Below are positions 8,771 to 21,207 of a DNA stretch of 64,000 bases, one piece after another (position 1 is the stretch's first letter; every line of letters begins with the position of its first letter). This stretch comes from an uncultured Candidatus Micrarchaeota archaeon (GTDB taxonomy: Archaea; Micrarchaeota; Micrarchaeia; Anstonellales; Bilamarchaeaceae): the NCBI GenBank assembly GCA_963714085.1, contig OY970229.1, forward strand, positions 1,216,001 to 1,280,000, given 5' to 3'. Under the pieces are notes generated by a model. The model saw only the letters and a program-made list of their open reading frames with translations, ran no database searches and was not told the origin of the DNA. Position numbers and translations under genes: made by a program.

Positions 8771-10231
8771 ATGGACAGTCTAGTAGAAGCTTATTACAGG
8801 GTCAACCCGCTCGTGAAGCAGCAGCTCAGCTCGTTCAATAATTTCCTGGACTACGGGCTGCAGGGAGTGGTGGACCGCATAGGGAGGATACAGACGAATG
8901 TCGAGGGCTTCGAGCTCAAGCTCGGCAAGGTCCGCATCGAGCAGCCAAGGTACTACGAGGTGAAGGGCGGCTACCGGCAGATCCTGCCGAACGAGGCGCG
9001 GCTCCGCAACCTCAACTACGCATCACCGGTGTTCCTTGAGATGGTGCCGGTGTTCAACGGCGTGGAGAGGCCGGTCTACTCGGACGTGTTCATAGGGGAG
9101 ATACCGGTCATGGTGAAATCCAAGCTCTGCTACCTGGCCGGCCAGAGCAAGGACCAGCTCATAGAATCAGGAGAGGACCCGGACGATCCGGGAGGCTACT
9201 TCATAGTGAACGGGAGCGAGCGCGCGCTGGTCTCCATAGAGGACCTGGTGCCGAACAAGCTCATGGTCACCAAGGAGCGCGCGGGCGTGGTCTCGAAGAT
9301 ATTCTCGACCCACCACGGGTTCCGCGCGAGGTGCGTGGTCACGAGGAACAACGAAGGCGCGTTCATAGTGGAGTTCCCGTCAGCGCCCGGAGGGCTCTCG
9401 CTCGTCCAGGTGCTGCGCGTGCTCGGGATGGAGCGCGACGCTGACATCGTGAAGGAGTTCTCCGAGGACAAGCGCATCAGGAACGACGTCACGCTCAACA
9501 TGGAGATCGAGGAGACCAAGAACAGGGAGGAGGCCGTGGACGTGCTCAGCAGGAAGCTGTCCCCTGGCCAGCCGCCGGAGTTCAGGCTCACCAGGATGGA
9601 GAACCTCCTGGACAATTACCTGCTCCCGCACGTGGGGGTCACCAAGACCGCCAGGTTCGCGAAGGCGAAATACCTGATAAAGATGTCGGAGCGCGCGACC
9701 CAGATATTCAACCACGAGGCGGCCCCGGACGACAAGGACCACTACTCGAACAAGCGCGTGAAGCTCGCGGGCGAGCTCATGGAGGAGTTGTTCCGCTACG
9801 CGTTCCAGTTCCTGATAAAGGACCTCGTTTACCAGGCGTCCCGCGCGGACGCTAGGGGCAGGAGGCTCCAGGTGCACACGCTGATAAGGCAGGACGCCAT
9901 GGGCGACAGGATACGCTACGCGATGGCGACAGGCAACTGGATAGCCGGGCAGACCGGCGTGTCCCAGCTGCTCGACCGCGTGAGCTACCTGAGCACGATA
10001 TCGCACCTGCGCAGGATAATCTCTCCGCTGAGCAAGAAGCATCCGCATTTCAAGGCCAGGGACCTCCATGGCACCACGCTGGGCAAGCTCTGCCCGTGCG
10101 AGACGCCCGAAGGCCCGAGCTGCTCGCTGGTGAAGAACCTGGCGGTGATGGCCGAGGTGTCCACAGGGGTGGACGAGGAGGAGATAGTAAACCTGCTCAA
10201 GGCCTACGATGTCAAAGAGGGGGCAGTCTGA
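8771..10231 (+). CDS. rpo2N: RNA polymerase subunit Rpo2N (B'')
   Basis: PNEARLRNLNY, GEIPVMVKS, DPGGYFIVNGSER, GQTGVSQLLDR, ETPEGPSCSLVKNLA. Confidence 0.97.
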   Translation: MDSLVEAYYRVNPLVKQQLSSFNNFLDYGLQGVVDRIGRIQTNVEGFELKLGKVRIEQPRYYEVKGGYRQILPNEARLRNLNYASPVFLEMVPVFNGVERPVYSDVFIGEIPVMVKSKLCYLAGQSKDQLIESGEDPDDPGGYFIVNGSERALVSIEDLVPNKLMVTKERAGVVSKIFSTHHGFRARCVVTRNNEGAFIVEFPSAPGGLSLVQVLRVLGMERDADIVKEFSEDKRIRNDVTLNMEIEETKNREEAVDVLSRKLSPGQPPEFRLTRMENLLDNYLLPHVGVTKTARFAKAKYLIKMSERATQIFNHEAAPDDKDHYSNKRVKLAGELMEELFRYAFQFLIKDLVYQASRADARGRRLQVHTLIRQDAMGDRIRYAMATGNWIAGQTGVSQLLDRVSYLSTISHLRRIISPLSKKHPHFKARDLHGTTLGKLCPCETPEGPSCSLVKNLAVMAEVSTGVDEEEIVNLLKAYDVKEGAV

Positions 10232-10244
10232 CCGGGTGATCACG

Positions 10245-12083
10245 ATGGTTAAAAAACGACGCAGAAGGGTCATGGGAGCTACTTCGATCTACCTCAACGG
10301 GAGGCTTGCGGGCACGCACCCGGACGGCGAGAACCTCGCCAAGCGCCTCAGGGATCGCAGGCGCATGAACGAGCTCAACGGCCAGATAAACATATTCTAT
10401 GACAGGCGGCTCAACGAGCTGCACATCGTCTCCGACAAGGGGCGCGTGCGCAGGCCGTATATCGTAGTCGAGGGCGGCAAGTCCAGGCTCACGCCCGAGG
10501 TCATGGCAAGGCTCAAGAACGGGGACCTCAACTGGCACCACCTCGTGAAGATGGGCATAATAGAGTACCTCGACGCGCTCGAGGAGGAGAACACGCTCGT
10601 GGCGTGCAAGGAGGCGGACCTGACCGAGGAGCACACGCACCTCGAGGTGGACGCGTCGTCCATATTCGGCGTCGTTTCCGGCGTGCTGCCCTATCCGGAG
10701 CACAACTCGTCGCCGAGGATCACCATGGCCTGCGCCATGGCGAAACAATCTTTAGGAACGTTCCTCACGAACTTCAACCTGCGCTACGACACGAGGAACT
10801 ACGTGATGTACTACCCGCAGCAGCCCATGGTGCAGACGAGCATCTACAAGGCGCTCAACCTGTCCAACAAGGCGGCTGGCCAGAACTGCGTGGTCGCGCT
10901 GACAAGCTACCACGGCTACAACATGGCGGATGCCATAGTGGTGAACAAGTCGTCCATAGACCGCGGCCTGGAGAGGGTCACGATGTTCAAGACCTACGAG
11001 ACCGAGGAGCGGCTCTACCCCGGAGGCCAGAAGGACAAGATAGAGGTCCCGACAGCCGAGGTGGCCGGCTACCGCGGCGAGGAGGCATACAAGCACCTCG
11101 CGCCGGACGGCATAATCATGCCGGAGAGCGACGTCGGCGGCAAGGAAGTGCTGGTCGGCAAGACGTCCCCGCCGAGGTTCCTCGAGGAGATATCCGTGTT
11201 CGGCACGGTCGAGGAGAAGAAGAGGGAGAGCTCGCTCGCGCTCAAGCCTGGCGAGCAGGGCCGCGTGGACTCGGTGCTCGTGACCGAAGGCCCGAGCGGC
11301 AACAGGCTCGTCAAGGTGCGCATACGCGCGAACAAGACCCCGGAGGTCGGGGACAAGCTCGCGTCCAGGCACGGACAAAAGGGAGTGATAGGGCTGATGG
11401 TGCCGGCCTCGGACATGCCTTTCACGGCTGACGGCGTGGTCCCGGACCTCATAGTCAATCCGCACGCCATACCCTCGCGTATGACCGCAGGGCACCTCCT
11501 GGAGATGCTCGGCGCCAAGGCGGGAAGCTTCAACGGCAAGCTCGTGGACGGAAGCGCGTTCTCCGGCAACACGGAGGAGGAGTTCAGGGCGTCGCTCAAA
11601 TCCATAGGGTTCGACGAGTACGGGGAGGAGGTCCTCTACGACGGCCTCACCGGGAAGCAGATAAAGTGCAAGATATTCGTGGGCGTGTGCTACTACCAGA
11701 GGCTCCACCACCTGGTCTCGAACAAGATGCATGTGAGGAGCAGGGGGCCTGTGCAATTGCTCACCCACCAGCCGACCGAGGGAAGGGCCCGCGAGGGTGG
11801 CCTCAGGTTCGGTGAGATGGAACGCGACTGCCTCATAGGCTACGGCGCCAGCATGCTCATCCGCGAGAGGCTGCTGGGCGAGTCGGACAAGACCGTGCAG
11901 CTGGTGTGCTCCGAGTGCGGCTCGATCGCGATACACGACTACGCGAGGAACCGCGACGTGTGCCCGGTGTGCGAATCCGAGAACGTCGAGCCATTGGAGA
12001 TGTCCTACGCGTTCAAGCTTTTGCTGGATGAGATAAAGTCCCTCTACATATTCCCGAGGATAATGACGAGGGAGAAAGGATAG
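10245..12083 (+). CDS. rpo2C: RNA polymerase subunit Rpo2C (B')
   Basis: GDKLASRHGQKG, NPHAIPSRMT, QPTEGRAREGGLRFGEMERD and C-terminal Zn ribbon. Confidence 0.97.
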   Translation: MVKKRRRRVMGATSIYLNGRLAGTHPDGENLAKRLRDRRRMNELNGQINIFYDRRLNELHIVSDKGRVRRPYIVVEGGKSRLTPEVMARLKNGDLNWHHLVKMGIIEYLDALEEENTLVACKEADLTEEHTHLEVDASSIFGVVSGVLPYPEHNSSPRITMACAMAKQSLGTFLTNFNLRYDTRNYVMYYPQQPMVQTSIYKALNLSNKAAGQNCVVALTSYHGYNMADAIVVNKSSIDRGLERVTMFKTYETEERLYPGGQKDKIEVPTAEVAGYRGEEAYKHLAPDGIIMPESDVGGKEVLVGKTSPPRFLEEISVFGTVEEKKRESSLALKPGEQGRVDSVLVTEGPSGNRLVKVRIRANKTPEVGDKLASRHGQKGVIGLMVPASDMPFTADGVVPDLIVNPHAIPSRMTAGHLLEMLGAKAGSFNGKLVDGSAFSGNTEEEFRASLKSIGFDEYGEEVLYDGLTGKQIKCKIFVGVCYYQRLHHLVSNKMHVRSRGPVQLLTHQPTEGRAREGGLRFGEMERDCLIGYGASMLIRERLLGESDKTVQLVCSECGSIAIHDYARNRDVCPVCESENVEPLEMSYAFKLLLDEIKSLYIFPRIMTREKG

Positions 12084-12091
12084 GTGTGCTT

Positions 12092-15795
<3,704 letters not shown>

Positions 15796-15809
15796 TCCAG
15801 GTGATATGA

Positions 15810-16304
15810 GTGGCAAAGGACGAAGACGAGGAAGCAGAAAACGCAGAAGAAGTTTCTGAGACTACCGAGGAAGCGGCACAGATCACGGAAGAGGCGGAAG
15901 GCCAGCAGGAAGGCGAGGCCGGAGCCGAGACCGAATCGAAGTCAGCCAAGAAGAAGAAGACCAGGAAGGTCGTGCGCAGGCGCAAGTCCAAGAAGGAGAA
16001 GGAGAAGCCCCTGACATCCGCCATCCGCCTCTGCGTGGAGAGCGGCAAGGTCGGCATGGGCGCAAGGACCGGCATCTCGGCAAGCCTGCTCGGCAAGGCG
16101 AAGCTCTTCGTGGTGGCGTCCAACACGCCGCTTGAGGTGAAGAGCCAGGTCGAGAAGTACTCGGCGGCGTCCGGCATACCGCTCATCGTGTTCGACGGCA
16201 GCTCCGTGGAGCTTGGTTCCGTGTGCGGAAAGCCGTTCCCGGTGTCCGTGCTCTCTGTCTACGAGCCGGGCAGCTCGCCCATAATGGAACTGGCATCCAA
16301 GTGA
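15810..16304 (+). CDS. rpl30e: 50S ribosomal protein L30e with a long charged N-terminal extension
   Basis: GKVGMGAR, ELGSVCGKPFPVSVLSV..PG.S; conserved position after rpo1C. Confidence 0.9.
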   Translation: MAKDEDEEAENAEEVSETTEEAAQITEEAEGQQEGEAGAETESKSAKKKKTRKVVRRRKSKKEKEKPLTSAIRLCVESGKVGMGARTGISASLLGKAKLFVVASNTPLEVKSQVEKYSAASGIPLIVFDGSSVELGSVCGKPFPVSVLSVYEPGSSPIMELASK

Positions 16305-16309
16305 TCCAT

Positions 16310-16855
16310 GTGGTCGAGCTGGACGGAAAAGGCCTGGGCTACTTCACGCAGTTCGAGAGCGTCACCCGCGTGATGCCCTCCGACTACCTGGAGACCGCGG
16401 GCTGGCTGCTTTTCCTGGTGGACATGCCGCACCTGGGCAAGGCCATAGGCAAGAAGGGCGCCAACGTCCGCAAGCTCGCTGACATGTTCAGGAAGAAGGT
16501 CGTGGTCATAGGCGACAGCGGCGACATCGAGACCTTCGTGCGCAACTTCTTCAACAACGTGGAGATCACAAGCATAGAGCTCATCGACATCATGGGCGAG
16601 AAGAACATAGTGCTCACCGTGTCGGAGAACGACCGCGGCATCGCCATAGGCAAGGAGGGCGAGCGCATAAAGGCGGCCAAGGAGTTCCTCAAGAGGAAGT
16701 TCAACGCGACGATCGTGCTCCGCACGAAACGCTCCATGGACTCGGGCTACGGGGTGGAGAGCCACGGCGTAGAAATGGTGGCCGAGGCCCCGATGGAGCA
16801 GGCAGCCAAGATAGAAGTGAAGAAGGAAGAGAAGAAGGACGAATCCTCAGAGTAA
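16310..16855 (+). CDS. nusA: Archaeal NusA (two KH domains)
   Basis: GKAIGKKGANV and RGIAIGKEGERIK KH loops; follows rpl30e. The start may be the GTG at 16301. Confidence 0.9.
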   Translation: MVELDGKGLGYFTQFESVTRVMPSDYLETAGWLLFLVDMPHLGKAIGKKGANVRKLADMFRKKVVVIGDSGDIETFVRNFFNNVEITSIELIDIMGEKNIVLTVSENDRGIAIGKEGERIKAAKEFLKRKFNATIVLRTKRSMDSGYGVESHGVEMVAEAPMEQAAKIEVKKEEKKDESSE

Positions 16856-16906
16856 ATCGAAAATATCCGTAGTCTGATTATCCGGAATCCGTGCTGCATC
16901 CAGCCG

Positions 16907-17281
16907 CTATCCTGACGCGCCCTGGGACCCGAACACCGAAACGCAATAATCCTTTTCCGTGGCGTTCGTGAACGCGTTGCAGATCGTGATGTCGCCCGCT
17001 GCCTTGGCGACCGTGCCGTAGCACGAGGGCCGGTTGGCCATGTCGATGAGGGTATCGCACCGCGCGGTGCTCTTCGTGTCAGCTGCCTCCTGCACGGCGC
17101 ACCCGTCCTTGCACAGCGTGCCGTTCCCGGAGTTGCCCGCCCCGCATTGGCTTATGCACCGCTGGAAATTGGCGCTGCCGGATGAGGACATGTTAGCGCT
17201 CTGAGCCGGAGCCTGCTGCCCCAGGCAGCCTGCGAGCAGCAACGCAAAAGCCAGTCCGACGAACATCATCGATGTTTTCAT
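16907..17281 (-). CDS. Cys-rich lipoprotein
   Basis: MKTSMMFVGLAFALLLAGC lipobox followed by eight further Cys; true start is ATG 17281 within the longer track ORF. Confidence 0.75.
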   Translation of the reverse strand: MKTSMMFVGLAFALLLAGCLGQQAPAQSANMSSSGSANFQRCISQCGAGNSGNGTLCKDGCAVQEAADTKSTARCDTLIDMANRPSCYGTVAKAAGDITICNAFTNATEKDYCVSVFGSQGASG

Positions 17282-17292
17282 TGGAAGCACCC

Positions 17293-17547
17293 CTAGAACC
17301 CGAGCCCTAGGAAATGGATGAGCAGCACCAGCACGACGCCGGGAATCCCTCCTATCGCGGCAATCCCGACTGAAAAGATGTTTATGGGTATGCCTACCCC
17401 CGCGAGATTCAGGATGAAGAAGATGACGATGCCCACGACCGAGTTCGCTATTACGTACACCGGGTTCTTCAGGAACGTCAAAAGCAGGTAGACTATCAGA
17501 AGGGCGACCAACAACCCGACCAATCCGAACACGACCACGGCGCACAC
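17293..17547 (-). CDS. BofA-family small membrane protein
   Basis: IANSVVG...GIPINIFS...IGGIPGVVL, three TM helices. Confidence 0.8.
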   Translation of the reverse strand: MCAVVVFGLVGLLVALLIVYLLLTFLKNPVYVIANSVVGIVIFFILNLAGVGIPINIFSVGIAAIGGIPGVVLVLLIHFLGLGF

Positions 17548-17548
17548 C

Positions 17549-17806
17549 TCAGACGAATGCCACTTTCATCAGTCTCAGCACGATTATCAGCAGGAGGCCG
17601 ACCAGGCCGCCGATCACCACGATCAGCACTGTAAGGATGTTGATCGGGATACCGAAGCCGAATATGGCGTTTATGAGGAACAGGATGAGGATCGCTATGA
17701 GAGAGTTGATGACCAGCGCGATCGGGTTCTGTATGAACATGAGCAGGAAGAGGAGCACGAGCAAGGCGAATACGACGCTTCCGATTTCGACATAGTTCGT
17801 TGCCAT
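17549..17806 (-). CDS. BofA-family small membrane protein (tandem paralog)
   Basis: VINSLIA...GIPINILT...IGGLVGLL. Confidence 0.75.
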   Translation of the reverse strand: MATNYVEIGSVVFALLVLLFLLMFIQNPIALVINSLIAILILFLINAIFGFGIPINILTVLIVVIGGLVGLLLIIVLRLMKVAFV

Positions 17807-17916
17807 GGTTAGACCCCACATCGAAGCTTTAAATGCGTTCCTGTACCATCGAAAGCCGCTTTCTGATAGCGGCGCCTGACCGCTCCTGGAAATATGAAAA
17901 AATAAAAAAGAGGGAT

Positions 17917-18357
17917 CTATTTCTCCTCGCTGCTAGCGGATTTCTCAGTCACGACCTTCTCGACGCGCCTGCCCGGCTTGTACTGGCCGCTGCTAGCGCT
18001 CCTATTCGGAGTGCTGGTCGTGACGGTGGTCTCGCTGCTGCTTTTTGCTTCGCCACTGTCGCTGCTATAATAATAACCGGCGATGAACATCAGTATCGCG
18101 ATTATTATCGACATACCCGGCAAGCCCACATAGATCGCCGGAAGCAGGAGGGTCGGGACATCGGCCCTGAGCTTGACCAGTTCGGCCGGAGGGGTTATCC
18201 CGCAAGCGGTAAGCTTGCCCATCTGGTCCGATGACGCGAAAGCCACGGCCGCGTTCAAGACGCCCGTGAAGTAATTCAGCACCAGATACGTGGATATCAC
18301 GATCATCAAGATGACGACTAAGACGAGGACTCCGGACACTACGTTGTGTTTACCCAT
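17917..18357 (-). CDS. Hypothetical membrane protein (2 TM, Ser/Thr-rich tail)
   Basis: ORF with two hydrophobic segments and a GGGATGA RBS-like sequence upstream. Confidence 0.65.
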   Translation of the reverse strand: MGKHNVVSGVLVLVVILMIVISTYLVLNYFTGVLNAAVAFASSDQMGKLTACGITPPAELVKLRADVPTLLLPAIYVGLPGMSIIIAILMFIAGYYYSSDSGEAKSSSETTVTTSTPNRSASSGQYKPGRRVEKVVTEKSASSEEK

Positions 18358-18383
18358 ATCGAATCATCCCCTTCACAATGAAT

Positions 18384-18503
18384 TCAGGTTCTCATGATCC
18401 TTTTTCCCGCCGGGCGGTTCTTGACCATGCCCTTTCCACCCTTTCCCTTCGCCGCGCGCCTTTTGGCCGCGGTCATTCTTCCACCCCTGCTTTTTTTCGC
18501 CAT
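18384..18503 (-). CDS. Small, highly basic 39-aa protein
   Basis: MAKKSRGGRMTAAKRRAAKGKGGKGMVKNRPAGKRIMRT with a GAGGTG RBS upstream of ATG 18503. Confidence 0.55.
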   Translation of the reverse strand: MAKKSRGGRMTAAKRRAAKGKGGKGMVKNRPAGKRIMRT

Positions 18504-18654
18504 ATTAACACCTCTTCGGTGGGACATCCGGGCATCGCACCATAAAAGACAACTTACCCAAGTATTAAAAACCATCCGCTAACCGCACCCCGAGGGAACG
18601 CGGGCCATGGGCGATTGGAAAGCCATTAATAAATGCGGCCGCGAAAGGATTTCG

Positions 18655-19470
18655 ATGGCAAAGAAACTCGGATCCAAGATATGGGATGCTTGGGTATGGG
18701 TAGTGTCGGGCACGCTCCACATCCTCTATTCGCTGGCCAAATCAGCCGTCGGGTTGATCGGTTCCATCTTCTCCAAAGCGCGCAAGGCAGGGGAGCGCAA
18801 GGCCAGGGCGAAGTACGGCGAAGCGGTCTACCTGCCGCTCGCAGTGGAAAAAAGCATGGCAGGGGACATAACCGAATTCGAGAAGAGACTCTCGTCCAAG
18901 AGCACCGTGGGGCTGATACTCGGCGCGCGCGGAAGCGGGAAATCGGCCCTTGGCATGCGCATCTTGGAGAACATGGCGGCCAAGGGCAGGAAGGTATGCG
19001 CCATGGGTTTCGACAAATCCGCGATTCCGGGATGGATCGTGTCCGTGGACGAAGTGGACAGGATACCGAACAATCATTTCGTGCTCGTGGATGAAGGCGG
19101 GATACTCTTCTCCTCGAGATCCTCGCAGTCCTCGGGGAACAAGCTGCTCTCATCCCTCCTTTTTGTGGCCAGGCACAAGGACGTGTCCGTGCTCTTCATC
19201 TCCCAGAACTCGGCCAATCTCGAGATAAACAGCATACGGCAGGCGGACTATCTCCTGATGAGGAAGCCGTCGCTACTGCAAAAGGAGTTCGAGCGCAAGA
19301 AGATAGGCCAGATATATGACGAGATAGACTTCAGCGGCCTGCCGGACGGGGGAAAATACTCGACTTACGTGTATTCGGACGAGTTCAGGGGCTTCGTGGC
19401 GAACGGGCTCCCTGGTTTCTGGAGCGACAAGGCGAGCAAGTCCTTCGCGCAGCTGAAGCTGAAGCAGTAG
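18655..19470 (+). CDS. P-loop ATPase, Zot/FtsK-HerA-like, with hydrophobic N-terminus
   Basis: Walker A GARGSGKS, Walker B VLVDEGG, ARH..VSVLFISQ and IRQ motifs. Confidence 0.75.
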   Translation: MAKKLGSKIWDAWVWVVSGTLHILYSLAKSAVGLIGSIFSKARKAGERKARAKYGEAVYLPLAVEKSMAGDITEFEKRLSSKSTVGLILGARGSGKSALGMRILENMAAKGRKVCAMGFDKSAIPGWIVSVDEVDRIPNNHFVLVDEGGILFSSRSSQSSGNKLLSSLLFVARHKDVSVLFISQNSANLEINSIRQADYLLMRKPSLLQKEFERKKIGQIYDEIDFSGLPDGGKYSTYVYSDEFRGFVANGLPGFWSDKASKSFAQLKLKQ

Positions 19471-19497
19471 TCCCGGCAGCGACGGAGGAATCCTGAT

Positions 19498-20073
19498 TCA
19501 AACCCGGATCCCGTAATGCGCTAACAAGATGTTCGCGGCGATTGCCAGGAATATCAGTCCGCCGATGATCTCTATCCTGTTGTCTATCAGATGGCCGATC
19601 CTCTTCCCGGTCTCTACGCAGACGAACGCCATCACCGCGGTCACCATGGCGACGATGATCGCGCTCCCCCAGATCATGCCGCTGGCGAATCCGATGCCCG
19701 CCCCCACGACGAGCGCGTCCATGCTCGTAGCGACGGCGAGCAGCGCCAGCACGCGGATGTCCAGGAGGTCCGCCCTCTTGCGCCCAGGTCCGCGGAAGGA
19801 TTCGTAGACCATCCTGAGTCCGACCGCCGCGAGGAGGATGAACGCGATCCAGTCGGCTACGCCGGAGAAGGACGCCCTGAGCACCTCGCCGCAGGCGCCC
19901 CCCAGGAGCATCATGGCGCCCTGGAAGGAGCCGAAGAACAGCGCCGCGAGCAACCCGGCCTCCGCGGTCCTCGCGCCGCCTTCCTTCCCGATGTCCGCTC
20001 CGCCGGCGAGGGAGACGGCCGCGCAGTCGCTCGCGAGGCCGATGCCGAGGAATATGTTCGTGATAATATCCAT
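19498..20073 (-). CDS. mntP: Manganese efflux pump MntP
   Basis: GLASDCAAVS and AVATSMDALVVG repeats, FGSFQ, IEIIGG. Confidence 0.88.
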   Translation of the reverse strand: MDIITNIFLGIGLASDCAAVSLAGGADIGKEGGARTAEAGLLAALFFGSFQGAMMLLGGACGEVLRASFSGVADWIAFILLAAVGLRMVYESFRGPGRKRADLLDIRVLALLAVATSMDALVVGAGIGFASGMIWGSAIIVAMVTAVMAFVCVETGKRIGHLIDNRIEIIGGLIFLAIAANILLAHYGIRV

Positions 20074-20220
20074 GGAAACCTAGGTTCCATGTGGCGCTTC
20101 AAATCTTAATGATATCGTGAAAACGCCGGTTGAAGGCGGAAGTACGGGCGTGGCTGCTCATCCGTGAAACGATCGCCGCTGGCTTCGCCTGATGGGGAAG
20201 AGGAAAATAAAATAAGCTGG

Positions 20221-20967
20221 TTATTCATCCACCGAGACCTTAGCGCTCTCGTCTGCGAAGCTCAGCGGGACCTCGGTTATGGTGACGTTCTTGTTCACCG
20301 ATATCTCGTAGAGGTCCGTGCCCTTCTCGACGTCGTTCTTGGCACCGGATATCCAGTAGTACGCCTTGCCGTTCGGGTCGAACCTCTTGGTGACCTGGGT
20401 CTTGTACCTGATCTTCTGCATCCTGTGCGAGTCGATCATCTTCGGAGCCGAGAGGTCGTCTGGCAGGTTGACGTTGAAGAACGCGTCGCCCCTCAGCTTC
20501 GGCTTGAGCGTCTTTATGACCTCGGCCAGCACCTTCTTGAGCTTCTTCGGGTCGCCCCAGCCGCTCTTGTCCCTCCAGTCCCGCCTGGTCTGGTACATGG
20601 ACAGCGCGATGGACGGTATGCCCTCAAGGGCCGCCTGCCAGCAGGCGCCGAGCGTGCCGGACGATATCAGAGCGGAGAAGGATGCGTTGTCGCCCCAGTT
20701 CACTCCTGAAAGCACCAAGTCCGGGGTCTCCAGCTCCCTCGAGTGCGTCGCGAACAGGACCGCATCCGCCGGGGTGCCGTTTATCTCGTAGAAATCCTGG
20801 TCGAGCTTCTCAAGGCGTATCGCCTTGTGGAGCGTGAGCGCGCTCGAAACCGCGCTCCTCTGCCTGTTTGGCACGAGGGCGTAGGCGTTGCCGAACTTCT
20901 TCGCGACATCCAAAAGGATGCGGAGCCCCTCAGTCTCTCCATCGTCGTTAGTAACCAGTATGTTCAT
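20221..20967 (-). CDS. surE: 5'/3'-nucleotidase SurE
   Basis: ILVTNDDG, GTPADAV, DLVLSGVN.G.N, SGT...A; start at ATG 20967. Confidence 0.93.
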   Translation of the reverse strand: MNILVTNDDGETEGLRILLDVAKKFGNAYALVPNRQRSAVSSALTLHKAIRLEKLDQDFYEINGTPADAVLFATHSRELETPDLVLSGVNWGDNASFSALISSGTLGACWQAALEGIPSIALSMYQTRRDWRDKSGWGDPKKLKKVLAEVIKTLKPKLRGDAFFNVNLPDDLSAPKMIDSHRMQKIRYKTQVTKRFDPNGKAYYWISGAKNDVEKGTDLYEISVNKNVTITEVPLSFADESAKVSVDE

Positions 20968-21207
20968 AGTGTATCCCTCTATAATGAGAGGTGGACAGAC
21001 GTTATCTTGCATCCACCATATCCCACAATATACTATATGTACCGAACTCTTTATAAACGGTGCGCGGCTGATACTCTCCTCTCATTCTGTCCGACAGCAT
21101 GCCATGCGCGTTCCAAAACCCCGAAATACCAGTGCGAGCGGGCCGATGCGCCGGTACGCGCTCTCGAAACGAATTAAAGACCAAAGCCCGCTAATAAGCG
21201 TGATAAT

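Noticed and set aside
8771..12083. Split rpoB as a novelty
   Set aside because: The B''/B' split at this position is well known in many archaea.
20074..20220. Possible yybP-ykoY Mn riboswitch upstream of mntP
   Set aside because: Conserved riboswitch motifs were not found on the minus strand.
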